A stretch of 60,306 nt of DNA, the filler included, from Sluysia triapertura (Eukaryota): the NCBI GenBank assembly GCA_046118255.1. It is 5 parts of 5 records of this genome, joined end to end, with 100 filler letters (N's around TTAATTAATTAA, not from the genome) between each part and the next. Parts side by side here need not be neighbours in the genome. Positions count along the whole stretch, not along the records: positions 12,556 to 24,822 come from JBJNIA010124302.1; positions 24,923 to 36,114 come from JBJNIA010187656.1; 3 more parts are not named here. The stretch is one strand, 5' to 3'. Positions 13,943-25,191 of this stretch are shown here, piece by piece; within the stretch, counting starts at the first letter, position 1, and each line of letters opens with the position of its first letter. A program made the translations under genes and the position numbers. Under the pieces are notes generated by a model. That model was not told the DNA's origin. It worked only from the letters and a program-made list of their open reading frames with translations, and did no database searches.

Positions 13943-15771
13943 AAATTTACAGCATACAAGGTGTTATAATTCATATTGTAACTCAAATTATGTAGTTTTG
14001 CTTATTGACATACTCCTTGCTAGTTAGTATATGTTAGTGTCTGCTACTACTCACTATTCGTAGATGTTCCATATTTTATAGACTTGTTATGGATGGATTA
14101 TTTCCTTCTCTCTTCTTGTTGGTTTGTTACTTTCTAACTTCAACTTTATTGTTTAAAGATATTGCTGAGTACTTTTTGACTTTAGAAGTTTTGCGCTTTT
14201 ATTTTATAAAATACGATAATATTTGATGGAGTTCACTTTACGCAATATTTGAATATTATTTCTTTTGTTCAGACACTCCTTATTCGTCATCTGACAGTTT
14301 GGACTGTCGAATTACTAAGACGGTTCGACTACATCGCCGAATATGTTTGCCGAAGTTAAAAGATAGTCTATTGTTGCTGCCGACAAAGAATGAACGTCGA
14401 AAATCACTCAATCAATCAATTTATTCGAATTCATCGAGTAATTCGGATTTAGAAAGTAAGAACAGTTAGTTATATAGGGCCTCCTTTTCTTCCAGATGTT
14501 AAATTTTCTGCAAATTATTTTGTTTAGTTGAGAAATGTGTCATCCAAAAGACTTGTCATCATTTCTATGGTAACTGGAAGCCATTTCGTTTTATTTTAAT
14601 TTTAATTATTATTGTGGATTAATATAAGTTTGGATAATAGATATTTTTCTCGTGGGCCAAAGCACGTCACCCTAGGCTATAATATTTAATAGTATTGTTA
14701 AATGTCGAAGGTCTTCTGCTTTATTGGGAAGTTTTCGACTCTTTTAAGACAGATATGATGATCGAATTGAAAACATTTGAATGTGAATAGTCAGTTCGAG
14801 CATATTTACTTTTAACTTTTGAAACAACGGACACTTGGCGATCATCAAACTATTTGAAAATTCCAATATTCCAATATAATTTCGGCAATAATAAACCTTG
14901 ACTGGTTTCGATATATGTGAGCCGCAGGAAGCTGGATATCTGCATTTCTGAGACGAACCGTACAATCTTGGAAATATACAATTAATCTGCTCTACAATCA
15001 CAATCTGAATAATCCAAGTTAATACCAAAACTTTGTGGATACTCTTTCGGCCACCGACACAAACTGAAGAAAATTTGCTAAGGTCCTAGAATTGGAAGTT
15101 CTTTAATCTCAATTCAAGGATTTCCATAACTACTGTTTCCTCGAGATCATATTCCACACAGTTTATTTTCCTTTCTCATTGTCAGAACACCGAGGGATTG
15201 CATTGGACTAAAATGTGGAGCTTCTTTAATTAGTGTAACTTCATTTACTTTATATATCAATAGTATCTTTTTGAGACTGACAATGGAGCACTCAAATAAT
15301 GGACTTTAAGAAAAAATAAATACTCAGATTTGATAAACAATTTTCAATAATATTAAAGTGGATCGTAATCGACAAAAGTTTAATGAGTTAAGTAAACATA
15401 TAATAAGTTTTAAAACACTAAGTAATTATAATATTATCATAATTATNNNNNNNNNNNNNNNNNNNNNNNNNNNNNNNNNNNNNNNNNNNNNNNNNNNNNN
15501 NNNNNNNNNNNNNNNNNNNNNNNNNNNNNNNNNNNNNNNNNNNNNNNNNNNNNNNNNNNNNNNNNNNNNNNNNNNNNNNNNNNNNNNNNNNNNNNNNNNN
15601 NNNNNNNNNNNNNNNNNNNNNNNNNNNNNNNNNNNNNNNNNNNNNNNNNNNNNNNNAACATTATTATAAACTAACAAAATCGAAGTTTTACTTCAGAGTT
15701 TTAAGGAATAACGACGGAAATTGTTTTAGATTATGCGTGGAGTAAACAAATAAAAAAATATTTTATTTCAG

Positions 15772-15909
15772 ACACAAATTTGACGTCAGATAAGTCTCGA
15801 CGAGTGTCTCTGGCTATTCAAATTGGAGACGAATTGAGCTGGAAGTGCGATGAAGATTTGGAAGCATACCAGGGAGGACAACGAAGACATTTTACTGGGA
15901 ACAAGCCAA
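15772..15909 (+). CDS. Internal exon of an unidentified host gene (TNLTSDKSRRVSLAIQIGDELSWKCDEDLEAYQGGQRRHFTGNKP)
   Basis: TTTCAG acceptor and GTGAG donor; splice phase matches the next exon at 16082. Confidence 0.6.
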
Positions 15910-16081
15910 GTGAGATGTCAATTTCATATGATGATGGTGATGATGATGATGATGATTATGATGATTATGATTATGATGGTGATAATAACAAAGATGACGA
16001 TGATGAAAATGACGGTGATGATGATAATAATAATAATAATAAAGTAGTACAAAACATAATATACGAATTTGTTATATTTAG

Positions 16082-16656
16082 ATGACTCATACGATGACTC
16101 AGCTTCATCTTATGCCTCATCATCTCCGTCTCATTCTTCCTCAGCTTCTCCGAATCAAAAGCCACAAAAATCCTTGATTAATGATAGTAATAATGACAAA
16201 ATCGATACTGCACTTTTACCACCCCCAATGCCAGTTATTTCTTCTCCGTGGAAACTAACATCAACCTCCTCTCCAATATCATCATCGCCGGTCAATACGA
16301 TAGTAAGCATGGCATCACGTGATTCTTTGGTAACCGCCCACAGCGGTAGTCGCCTTAGTAATAACAAGTCTCCTAGAGATAGTGGTGTTAGTTCGCATTC
16401 CAGTAACACAGATTTAATTATTTGTCTAACAACTACATGTAACAACACCAATAACACGTCTAATATTAGTACCTCTACTAGTGGCAGCTTGTCTCCGACT
16501 ACTACTACTACAACAACGACGACGACAACAACAGGTCTAGCTCTAACTTCTGGAGATAAGTTAAAATTATCCAATCAGAAAATGGGAGCTTTGGGATTTC
16601 AGCCTATCAAAAATGTACTACTCATCCATAACACAACATGTATAAATAATAGTTAG
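16082..16656 (+). CDS. Ser/Thr-rich exon (possibly terminal) of the same host gene
   Basis: TTTAG acceptor at 16081, in phase with the upstream exon; ~190 open codons with elevated GC. Confidence 0.65.
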
Positions 16657-16909
16657 ATATTTAATGTGCATAGGAAACTTTGTAAATCTAATTTTATAAT
16701 TATTATGATTTAAAATGAATTCAAACGTAAACAATTTTTAATGAACAATCCTACTGTCTATGGGACGACTTTTTATATATAATATTTATCTTTTGAATTA
16801 AATTTTATAAAAGTAACTCCCTATTTTAAAATAACTGCAGTTTCTGATTTAAATATAATTTATACGATTAATAAATGCATGTACTTTATTTAAAATTCAA
16901 TATAGGCAC

Positions 16910-17480
16910 TATCATACGCCATCAATTTTTCAAGCCGGCCAGGAATCGTACACTTGATTTCACAAGAAACTCTTTCTGGATGAAAGCCATAACTTCACGT
17001 ATTCGCTCTTCATGTTCTTCCAAATTTCTTGGTTTGATTGAGTAGACTTGCTCTTTTAACGCCAACCCAGAGAAAAAAGTTGCGTGGTGTTAAGTCAGAA
17101 CATCAGGCTGGCCATTCTTGTGAACCATGATGGCCCATCCATCTTCCAGGAAATTTATTCATCCACGCACGAACAATGATAGCAAAGTGTGGAAGAGCTC
17201 TATCTTGCATGAAAATCAAATCTTCAATTTTGTCCCAAGCACTGATAATTGGTCAAACTTCATCTCAACATAGTGAGGTACCTTTCGGCATTCATAGTAT
17301 CACGAGGATGAAGGGACCTGTGGTCATGAGTTTTTCGTGACATTTCTTGATAGTCGTTGGGTCAATTTGAGCATGTTTTCCTTTAATTGTTCTTCACTAT
17401 CTTTGCACTGGAACAATGGATCTCCAAACTTCGTAACTTCGTGAAATAGACTTGCTAACTTCATGACCAAGCTTGATTTT
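16910..17480 (-). mobile_element. Decayed Tc1/mariner-superfamily transposase
   Basis: LIFMQDRALPHF..VRAWM..FPGRWMG..EWPA*CSDLTPRNFFLW..LKEQVYSIKP matches QDGAPPH..FPGRWIG..WPPRSPDLTPxDFFLWG. Confidence 0.88.
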
Positions 17481-17499
17481 GTTTTGATTAAGATTTAAT

Positions 17500-17892
17500 T
17501 TATCTACGTAGACGTTAATTATGGATTAGTTCTAGTTTATTTACATAAGCGTTATTTATGATCTGTTCGATTACTTCATGGATGAATCTTAATCCATTGG
17601 AATTACCATAATTCTCGTTCATTTTATTTATGCATTGCAATAGCTCAGGTGCACGACATACAAATCGAAATTGTGGTAAATAATGTTTATAGATGAATAC
17701 GAAATTCCATTGTAAAATCTTTGTTGTTCATTGTATTTGTGATCAGTATACTAAATTTAGTAGTAGCTAAAAATATCTTTAAGCATTTGATTTACATAAA
17801 TATTTTATAGTTTGTACTAGATGTATATGGCAGAATAAGAATTTGTTACTATAACTTAATACGTTGCAGTAACTTGTAAAGAAATTTTTGAA

Positions 17893-17934
<42 letters not shown>

Positions 17935-20025
17935 CAAATTACTGAGATGGGAATAGATGTAATGAGCTTATTAAAATAATAAAATAATTTATCGATTATG
18001 TCAATTATCAACTAATGTAACATCTTTACCAAAGGTCTTGCATCATTCAATATAGCATGAAATGTTCTAAGCTACTCTAATTTTTCTTCTGGAACTTGGT
18101 GGACAAATAAAAACTTTAGTTTCAATTATGAATATTGTAATTAAGCACATTTTGTACCTTGAAATTAGTTGCTTTTTCTTTGACACTTGATGAAGTTTTG
18201 TGGTGGTATGGTATGATTTACATAAGCTAAAAGTTTTATTTTGACGATACATTGATTTTATACGTTGTAAGGTAAAAAATTCTTTAATCTTTCTATTTAA
18301 ATTTAATTCAACTTTATCATCAATAGGGAAAACAATAAAATTAACAAAGTTTTTATTAGAATTCACAGAAAATTAACATTTTTTTAAAATTCTTTTTTTA
18401 ATAATGTTCTCCCAAGTATGTTTTAATTTCAATCCGTGGAAGATTCTAAAAAAACAAAAGAATATACTTGGGCATCAATATTAATAATAATTTTATAAGT
18501 ACGATTAAATTTAAAGATAACTTTAAAGTAATTTTTGTGGACAATGTGATCTTGAATTACCGCGAAGAGTAACACTGAAGGAGTCAGTCTAATGAGACAG
18601 CAATTGACCAGACTTGTGTCCCTGATTGCAAGTAGTTATCGTCGAGAATTGGGCCGAGGTGTAGAATCGATTAATGAGTAGCATTTGATTAAGTGTACTG
18701 AATGATTGCCAAGTTTGAGTTGATGTTTTGGAATTATTGTTTATATCTGACTTAACCATTTAACCACAATTTTCATCAAAGAGTATGTAACTTGAGAATT
18801 TTCTTCTCCTCTAGAGTCATCATTCCAACATCTGGTTAATTCTTTATTTAATTTCTCTGGACATAACATCGAGTGAGGAGCGAGAATATCGAATGGTTCC
18901 TCAAATTGTTTGTTTCTGCATAACATTCTTGGATATTGACAATTAATTTAGAAGTTATTATTGTGTCTTCATTCACTAAGTAAGCTGTTTTAACTAACAT
19001 TAAAGCTCATTTGAAATCCTCAACTAAACCTCATATTTGATTAATGTCCTTATCTCTCCTAGGACCTGTGGCAGATTGTTCGTAGTCATTATCGTAATTG
19101 GAAATTGTCAATGATGGCTTGAGAAACATAAAATTCGATGCATCGTCATCTACATTGAATTGATAAACAAAAGGATCCTGATTGCATTCGAAGCAAGCAT
19201 ACTATAACTGTGATGCATATCTTTATTCGTTTTGCAGATAACTTTAGTATCTACATTAATGAAATACGAATAGAAATTGTTCATTGCAGTATTGGTAGAA
19301 TGACTATCGTCCGAGTGATGTTTCAAACATATCGAAAGTGGAATCGTTAACTTGAATCGTACATCTTAATGATATTACGCACAAGTTTAGTAAGAATTGT
19401 TCAAGATCATCAAAATACGTTGAATTAGTTTTTGTGAGATATTCCAAAATAAATCTTTGTAACTCATGAGTTAATTTGGATGAATTCTGTAATTCGTTGG
19501 TAACTTCTTTTTCATCGGTTTTATGATTTTCTTCTTCATACAAACTACGCAATCTATAAACATCAGTAATAATAAACAGCAACATTTTCAACACACTAAA
19601 TGAAACACCTCGTGTTAAAGACACTTCAGTTAACTTTTCTTTTATTACTTTAAGCTTTGTAGACAAATTTTTAGCATAATTAATAACAATTAATGAGGAA
19701 AATTCTAAATAGCTTATTTCATTCAGTATAATTTGCAGCCAATTTGATTCATTTATTAATACACTTTTATTCATTCTAAGTTTTCTAACCACTGATCGGT
19801 TTTTTAATTTTATCTATTTACTACTAACTCTTTTTAACAATTTACTGAGCTATTTGTAGGTGATTTTCATTGGCTGCTCAACCAGAAGGATAGATATATG
19901 AAAACAGCCAATGATGGTACAGAAAATTGATTGCTATTGAAACTTTAACCAATATCAATGATGGCAACAAATTACAAACGCGAATTAACAGCGTCACCAT
20001 TGATAGTGGTAGTTACCACTGAATG
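17500..20025 (-). pseudogene. Orphan-cassette family copy A (fragmented ORFs 19304-19792, 18741-18926, 18067-18366) with 5' inverted-repeat module
   Basis: TYKIII..SFVFLESSTD*N*NILG at ~18405-18500 aligns with TYKLII..NFIFSELDAAWMVKRVG of the intact copy; inverted repeats at 19867-19914 and 19948-20010. Confidence 0.7.
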
Positions 20026-20080
20026 CTATTTTTGACGTAAAATAATAGTGATAATTAATAATGATAATAAAAATGGGTGA

Positions 20081-20141
<61 letters not shown>

Positions 20142-22034
20142 TTTTATATTCAACGTGATCTCTCTGTTAATTCTTTTATTTCTTGACATATTTGAAATTC
20201 TAAAAATGGCTGATAAAATATAGATCTAATGTTGAGGGTGCAAGAATGGTTTAGAGGATGGCTTGAATGTTTTCTTTTGTGATGTACGTGGTTGAATATT
20301 AAAGAATTTCGAACTTGAAGTGTTTTAGATTACTTTGCACTTTACGGTATGTTATATTTCTACAGTTATGAAATTTTGAATAGAATGTTTTGGTTGAAGT
20401 TATTGTACGTGAGTGGTTTTGAATGAAGGTGCAATTTTAACGTAACAAAGTAATACGTAAATGTTTTAAATGAATTTTTAAGTGCGATTTAATGGCTTTA
20501 ACTGAAGATACAGTTTGGATGTTGAAAACTTATGACTTGAGTGTTTTGAGATAATATATAGATGTTTTATGTGAATTTTTAAATATGCATTGACGTTTTG
20601 GAACTTGAAAATATATTGAAAAGAGAATAGTTTAGTGGATCTGAAGGAGATAAATTATAGCCCAAGTTTTGGTACATTCTAAAAAGGTAGTTGTGCAATG
20701 TTGACAAATATGATTTTGATTATGTTGATGTAAGATTATGTGTAAGAATGTTTTAATGAGTTTTTAAAATGTGCCTTGTAGATTCTGAAAGTGAATGTGG
20801 TTTTGTGTGATGTTAGAATAAAATTTGTCACAGTTTTACCATGATCTCCCAAATGAATAAAAGCTTTAACAGTATCCAAAGCTCAGCAAATTTGTTCACG
20901 TTAACATTACATTTGTCTGAAGATAGTCTTATGTTGGTCTGATTTGCTGGATTTGTGGCTGCGTGTGGAGGTTTTCTTCGTAATCCGGTAATTTTTTTAG
21001 CTATACGCGCTTCATACGAATCTGTGCATCGTGTATAAGAGAATTAGAAAGAAATAGAAGGAGAAGTGAAAATGAATAAAAAAGAGTTATAAAAGAAAGT
21101 TAGTGAAATTGAAGATGCTTCATGTTGTGGATGGCCTTGCGGCTTTTAATATGTTTTCGATACATTTCGGTCGTTTCTAATATGAATTTAATATACAAAT
21201 TTATACATAAAAGTTTCAGAAGCATAGCCTTTAATTGTTCACCTGGGTACCAGATGTAGATAACAATTGAGAGCTTAAAAGCAAGTTTAGTGTGATAGAT
21301 AGTGTCACATATATCTTTAATTAGAAAATTTGTGTGGATGAACTTACATTCAAGTTCATTCGTTATAAATTTTGAAATCTTAATGCTTAGTATATTGCAT
21401 TGAATTTGAATATAAAAGCTCGCTAATTTTGCGTGTGATATAGGTTCCATTACATTTATTATAATCATAGAGATGAATTTTAAACTTAATTTTAAATTTA
21501 TATGAGATTTATGATCATCATGTTCGTCATAGGTATTGTAATTAGTCACACATACTATCTCAACTTTATCCATGAACTTTATCTTTGACATATGATTAAG
21601 GAGTAGAAAATTAAGATCATTACTTGTTTTTAAAAATTTAAAAGTAAATTTACTAAAATAAAACATATAAACATGTATTCGAATAGGAACTAAAATATTT
21701 TCATTATTTGAAATTTCGCATTCACCTTTGACTCTTTTCGCGATCTAGATTGTGTTTAGTTCTAAAAGAATGAAACTATTGTCAATAATAAATCTATAAA
21801 TAACATAATAGTTAAAATAAAACAAATTTAATGTTACAGAATTACCTTCGGGTAAACATAGCAAGAAGTAATCGACATCCGTTTTGTTTCTTTCGAAATT
21901 TTCCTTATGAACGTTGTAATTAACATTGGATGTTAGATCATACTCTTGATTGCAATCTGATTGATAAAAACCATTGTTTATTTTTATTAATCCTCTAATA
22001 ACATAACAGATACAAGTGTCCATTTCTTTTACCT

Positions 22035-22440
22035 TGGATTCATCATTATTTCGTAAGATAAAGTCAACTGAAACCATTAGTTCTCTCATGTTTGATTGAT
22101 CATCATTTCGTAAAATTGCGTCGCAGGAAATCGTTAGTTTTATGAACTTTACAACATCATGATTCTTAAGAAGGTTTACTTACTTCATTTTTGATTCATC
22201 ACTAACTTGTAAAATTGCGTTACATGAAATTATTAGCTTTATGAACTTTATAACATCATGATTCTTATAAACGTTTACTTGCTTCATTTTTAATTCATCA
22301 CTATTTTGTAAAATTGCGTTACATGGAATCATTAGTTACTTCATTTTTGATTCATCACTATCTTGTAAAATTGCGTTACATGAAATCATTAGCTTTATGA
22401 ATTGTTTCATTTTTGATTCATCACTGTCTTGTAAAATTGC
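22035..22440 (-). repeat. Six coding tandem repeats (AILQDSDESKMK-type) in copy B
   Basis: Units of 22, 19, 33, 33 and 19 codons plus a diverged sixth, all frame-preserving. Confidence 0.9.
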
Positions 22441-22552
22441 AAACTTAATTGTGATTGTATAAAATTGAAAATTTTAATTGTAAATGAAATTGTGGATATT
22501 TTCTAGTTTGTACTTTAGTTATTTTTAGTACAAACTGTTTTATTTTTGTTCG

Positions 22553-22735
22553 CCCAATCAGAGCGCTGATATTTACATTTAGTAATTTAGTTAATTATGC
22601 TCTGATTGGGTCTTGCTAAACAGGTAGTTTACCGATGAAACAGACAGAACTGATGGCTAACCACCATCAAGGCTGACAGCTCAATGTTAACATGAAATGG
22701 GCTGTCAGCATTGGTGGTGGTAGCAACCAGTGTTA
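22553..22735 (-). promoter_or_regulatory. 5' module of copy B: inverted CCAAT-box pair plus long hairpin
   Basis: CCCAATCAGAGC (22553-64) / GCTCTGATTGGG (22599-610); arms 22660-22683 / 22698-22721 are 21/24 complementary. Confidence 0.8.
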
Positions 22736-22924
22736 TCAACAATTTTTAATTTAAATTTAAATTTTTATATTTTTAGGTATCTGGAACNNNNNNNNNNNNN
22801 NNNNNNNNNNNNNNNNNNNNNNNNNNNNNNNNNNNNNNNNNNNNNNNNNNNNNNNNNNNNNNNNNNNNNNNNNNNNNNNNNNNNNNNNNNNNNNNNNNNN
22901 NNNNNNNNNNNNNNNNNNNNNNNN

Positions 22925-23500
22925 CATATAAAGGTTAAGTCAAGTCTTGACGATATGTTTAAAAAATATTTAAATTTACTAAATTTATAAGCATAGATTT
23001 TGTGAAATTGTAAAATTTTTGTGTAAAATTTAGTGGATATTTGCGATTTAAAAAGAGAAGCATTACTAAGACATACTAAAACTACTAGAGTATCCAAACT
23101 TATCTGACAATATTCCGAAATATCCACAAAATTGATAACAAATAATTTATTTTGTCATGAAAAAACAGACGTTATATTTAATAACGAAAATCAAAAAGGT
23201 TTAAATGCATTTTAAACTAATTTAAAATCTCAATAGAAGAGATTATTTGAATCTCTTAATAATATTTGAAACAATTATTAACTGCTCCTAACTGTTAAGA
23301 TCTTTCTGTTAATATTAAAGACTAATATCTAATATAAGTCAAAACTTTTGGAGTTGAGTATGCAGACAGTTTAGATTTCTAATAAGAATAATTATAGAGG
23401 TCAAAATAAGTTTTTGTTAAATAACAGTAGAAAAATTGTTTAAGTTTTTGCCTGTTATTATAAACAGATTTATTTTTAAAACTTCACGTCTCATGTATAA
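22925..23500 (-). pseudogene. Probable orphan-family fragment
   Basis: ORF contains LFKSQI, shared with copy F ORF 39040-39276; similar composition. Confidence 0.4.
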
Positions 23501-23834
23501 TTTCTATAGTAAACAAAAATTAGCCATCAATATAATTAACGTTTAAGTTTTAAAATTAAATTAATTTTAAAAGTTCATATATTTAAAATTATAACCAGTA
23601 ATAATAACAAGTTATAGTTTTGTATTTATTTGTCAATTTTTTTCTGATCATATGAAATCGTCAAAATTAAATATAAAAAGCTAAATGTATCTTAATTCGT
23701 TTTTATTTTTTATTTTTGTCTTTTTATTATTATTGTCACTTTAATTAATGTTTTTTCTAAGTATTATTATTATATTTATAATATATTTTATTTTAATTTT
23801 AAGTAATTTGTGAACAAAACTTGACATTGACGCT

Positions 23835-24563
23835 TTAGACATATGTATTTAAATGTACATTAGATTCATTGTCAATGGACTGGTTGTTAATATCGTTATT
23901 AATTCTTTCTGCTGTGTTGGTATTAAAAGTAACTCTTGGTTTTATAATGTATGGAAGAGTTGTCACAGTATTAAGGTTAGAATGGGTGTTGATAGCTGTA
24001 GATGGTTGCATTGTGTTTGATAAATTTGATATTGTTGTAATTAATGATGAAAGTGTGGAAAATGTCTGATTAGGATATTGGAATTTTAAATTAGAATCGG
24101 CATTTAAACAACAACATGGATCAGAACAGGAAAATGCAAGTGGCATTTGAAAAATATTATTAACAAGAGGTAAAGTAGATGAATTAGGTTCTTTGTAATG
24201 TGCATTGGAATTTTGTGGAGTGGGTAGATTAGAGGTATATGGATCACCAGAAGTTGTTGGAGTATCAAGATGAATAATATTTGCATATTGAGATGAAGAA
24301 GTAGAACTAATTAATTGATATGGGATGCTGTTTACAGACAGAAGCAATTTTGGTGGTGAGAAACCTGGGGATAATACATTTATTTCATGACTGGAAGATG
24401 AGGTACCAGGAGGATTATTAGATTTTATGGGTGTCGATGATAAAAGTACCAAATCAGATTGTTGCTGGGCATAAGGATTGGGTTGAGAGTAGGAAGAAAT
24501 GTATGGACCAACGTTTGACTGAACTTTGGACCAAGGAACGTCTCTTATATTAACTTGAATACT
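23835..24563 (-). CDS. Probable terminal exon of a host gene, Ser/Pro/Asn-rich (~242 codons)
   Basis: TTAACAG acceptor at 24564-24565, phase 0 and in frame with ORF 23835-24452; open to the stop. Confidence 0.6.
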   Translation of the reverse strand, partial: SIQVNIRDVPWSKVQSNVGPYISSYSQPNPYAQQQSDLVLLSSTPIKSNNPPGTSSSSHEINVLSPGFSPPKLLLSVNSIPYQLISSTSSSQYANIIHLDTPTTSGDPYTSNLPTPQNSNAHYKEPNSSTLPLVNNIFQMPLAFSCSDPCCCLNADSNLKFQYPNQTFSTLSSLITTISNLSNTMQPSTAINTHSNLNTVTTLPYIIKPRVTFNTNTAERINNDINNQSIDNESNVHLNTYV

Positions 24564-24569
24564 CTGTTA

Positions 24570-24620
<51 letters not shown>

Positions 24621-24922
24621 TACAAATTTTGTAAGATTGCAAAGTTAAACTAATAACTTAAATAATTACTCATTTATTTTTATATTAAAATGCTAATGGA
24701 AAATAAAAAATATAATTAGTGGTAAATATAAATATTTAATCACATATTACAATAAAATAAAATTAGAAATTAATCGTAGCGCAATAGAATCATAAGAGAC
24801 AATAAAATTTTTATAATACTAANNNNNNNNNNNNNNNNNNNNNNNNNNNNNNNNNNNNNNNNNNNNTTAATTAATTAANNNNNNNNNNNNNNNNNNNNNN
24901 NNNNNNNNNNNNNNNNNNNNNN

Positions 24923-25068
24923 ACCTGTCAGCCTTGATGATGGTCGGCCATCAGTTCTCATTCTTCATAATAGTGGTGACAAACATCATCACCATAAATA
25001 GCTAGTATTTTCTTTTCGCCCAATCAGAGTCAATACAATTTTCATAACTAAGAATACTCTGATTGGGC
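24923..25068 (+). promoter_or_regulatory. 5' module of copy C (truncated by gap)
   Basis: CTGTCAGCCTTGATGATGGTCGGCCATCAGTTCT matches the reverse complement of 22646-22679; perfect 13-bp inverted repeat GCCCAATCAGAGT / ACTCTGATTGGGC. Confidence 0.85.
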
Positions 25069-25191
25069 AGACTAAAAAAAAGGAATAAAATTTTATAATC
25101 ATTATTTTAATAATTTCACCAAGTATACAATTCCAATTAGAAGTTAAAGCAATTCTATATTATCATTAAGAGTCGTCTAAAGTTATTTAAA

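Larger units (their letters stand above)
20150..22735 (-). pseudogene. Orphan-cassette family copy B: one ~450-codon frame (about 22455 to 21100) with 3 in-frame stops
   Basis: ORFs 21745-22089 and 21100-21666 are in the same frame and align over ~200 aa with ORF 25192-26706; 5' module at 22553-22735. Confidence 0.88.

Noticed and set aside
15358-15677. ORFs made of X residues (also 22730-22990)
   Set aside because: They run through N gaps
15805-15845. BH3-like motif LAIQIGDEL
   Set aside because: The Leu is one position off the L-x-x-I-G-D pattern and nothing else supports it
15850-16165. Poly-Asp, poly-Met and poly-Ser ORFs
   Set aside because: Translations of a GAT/AAT microsatellite inside a GT-AG intron (15910-16081)
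16155-16574. Val/Leu-rich minus-strand ORF (likewise 23869-24069 and 24104-24286)
   Set aside because: Antisense or off-frame shadows of low-complexity exons
21745-22338. Stop-codon reassignment (TAA read as Gln, or TGA/TAG as Trp) in the orphan family
   Set aside because: The conserved Trp site is TAG in B, TGA in A and TGG in C and D; all are single transitions. Copy C is open in the standard code and ZIP9 ends in TAA, so ordinary decay explains it.
22035-22440. CRISPR-like repeat-spacer array (also 36600-36900 and 41622-41725)
   Set aside because: Eukaryotic context, no cas genes, and the intervening segments are themselves duplicated rather than unique spacers
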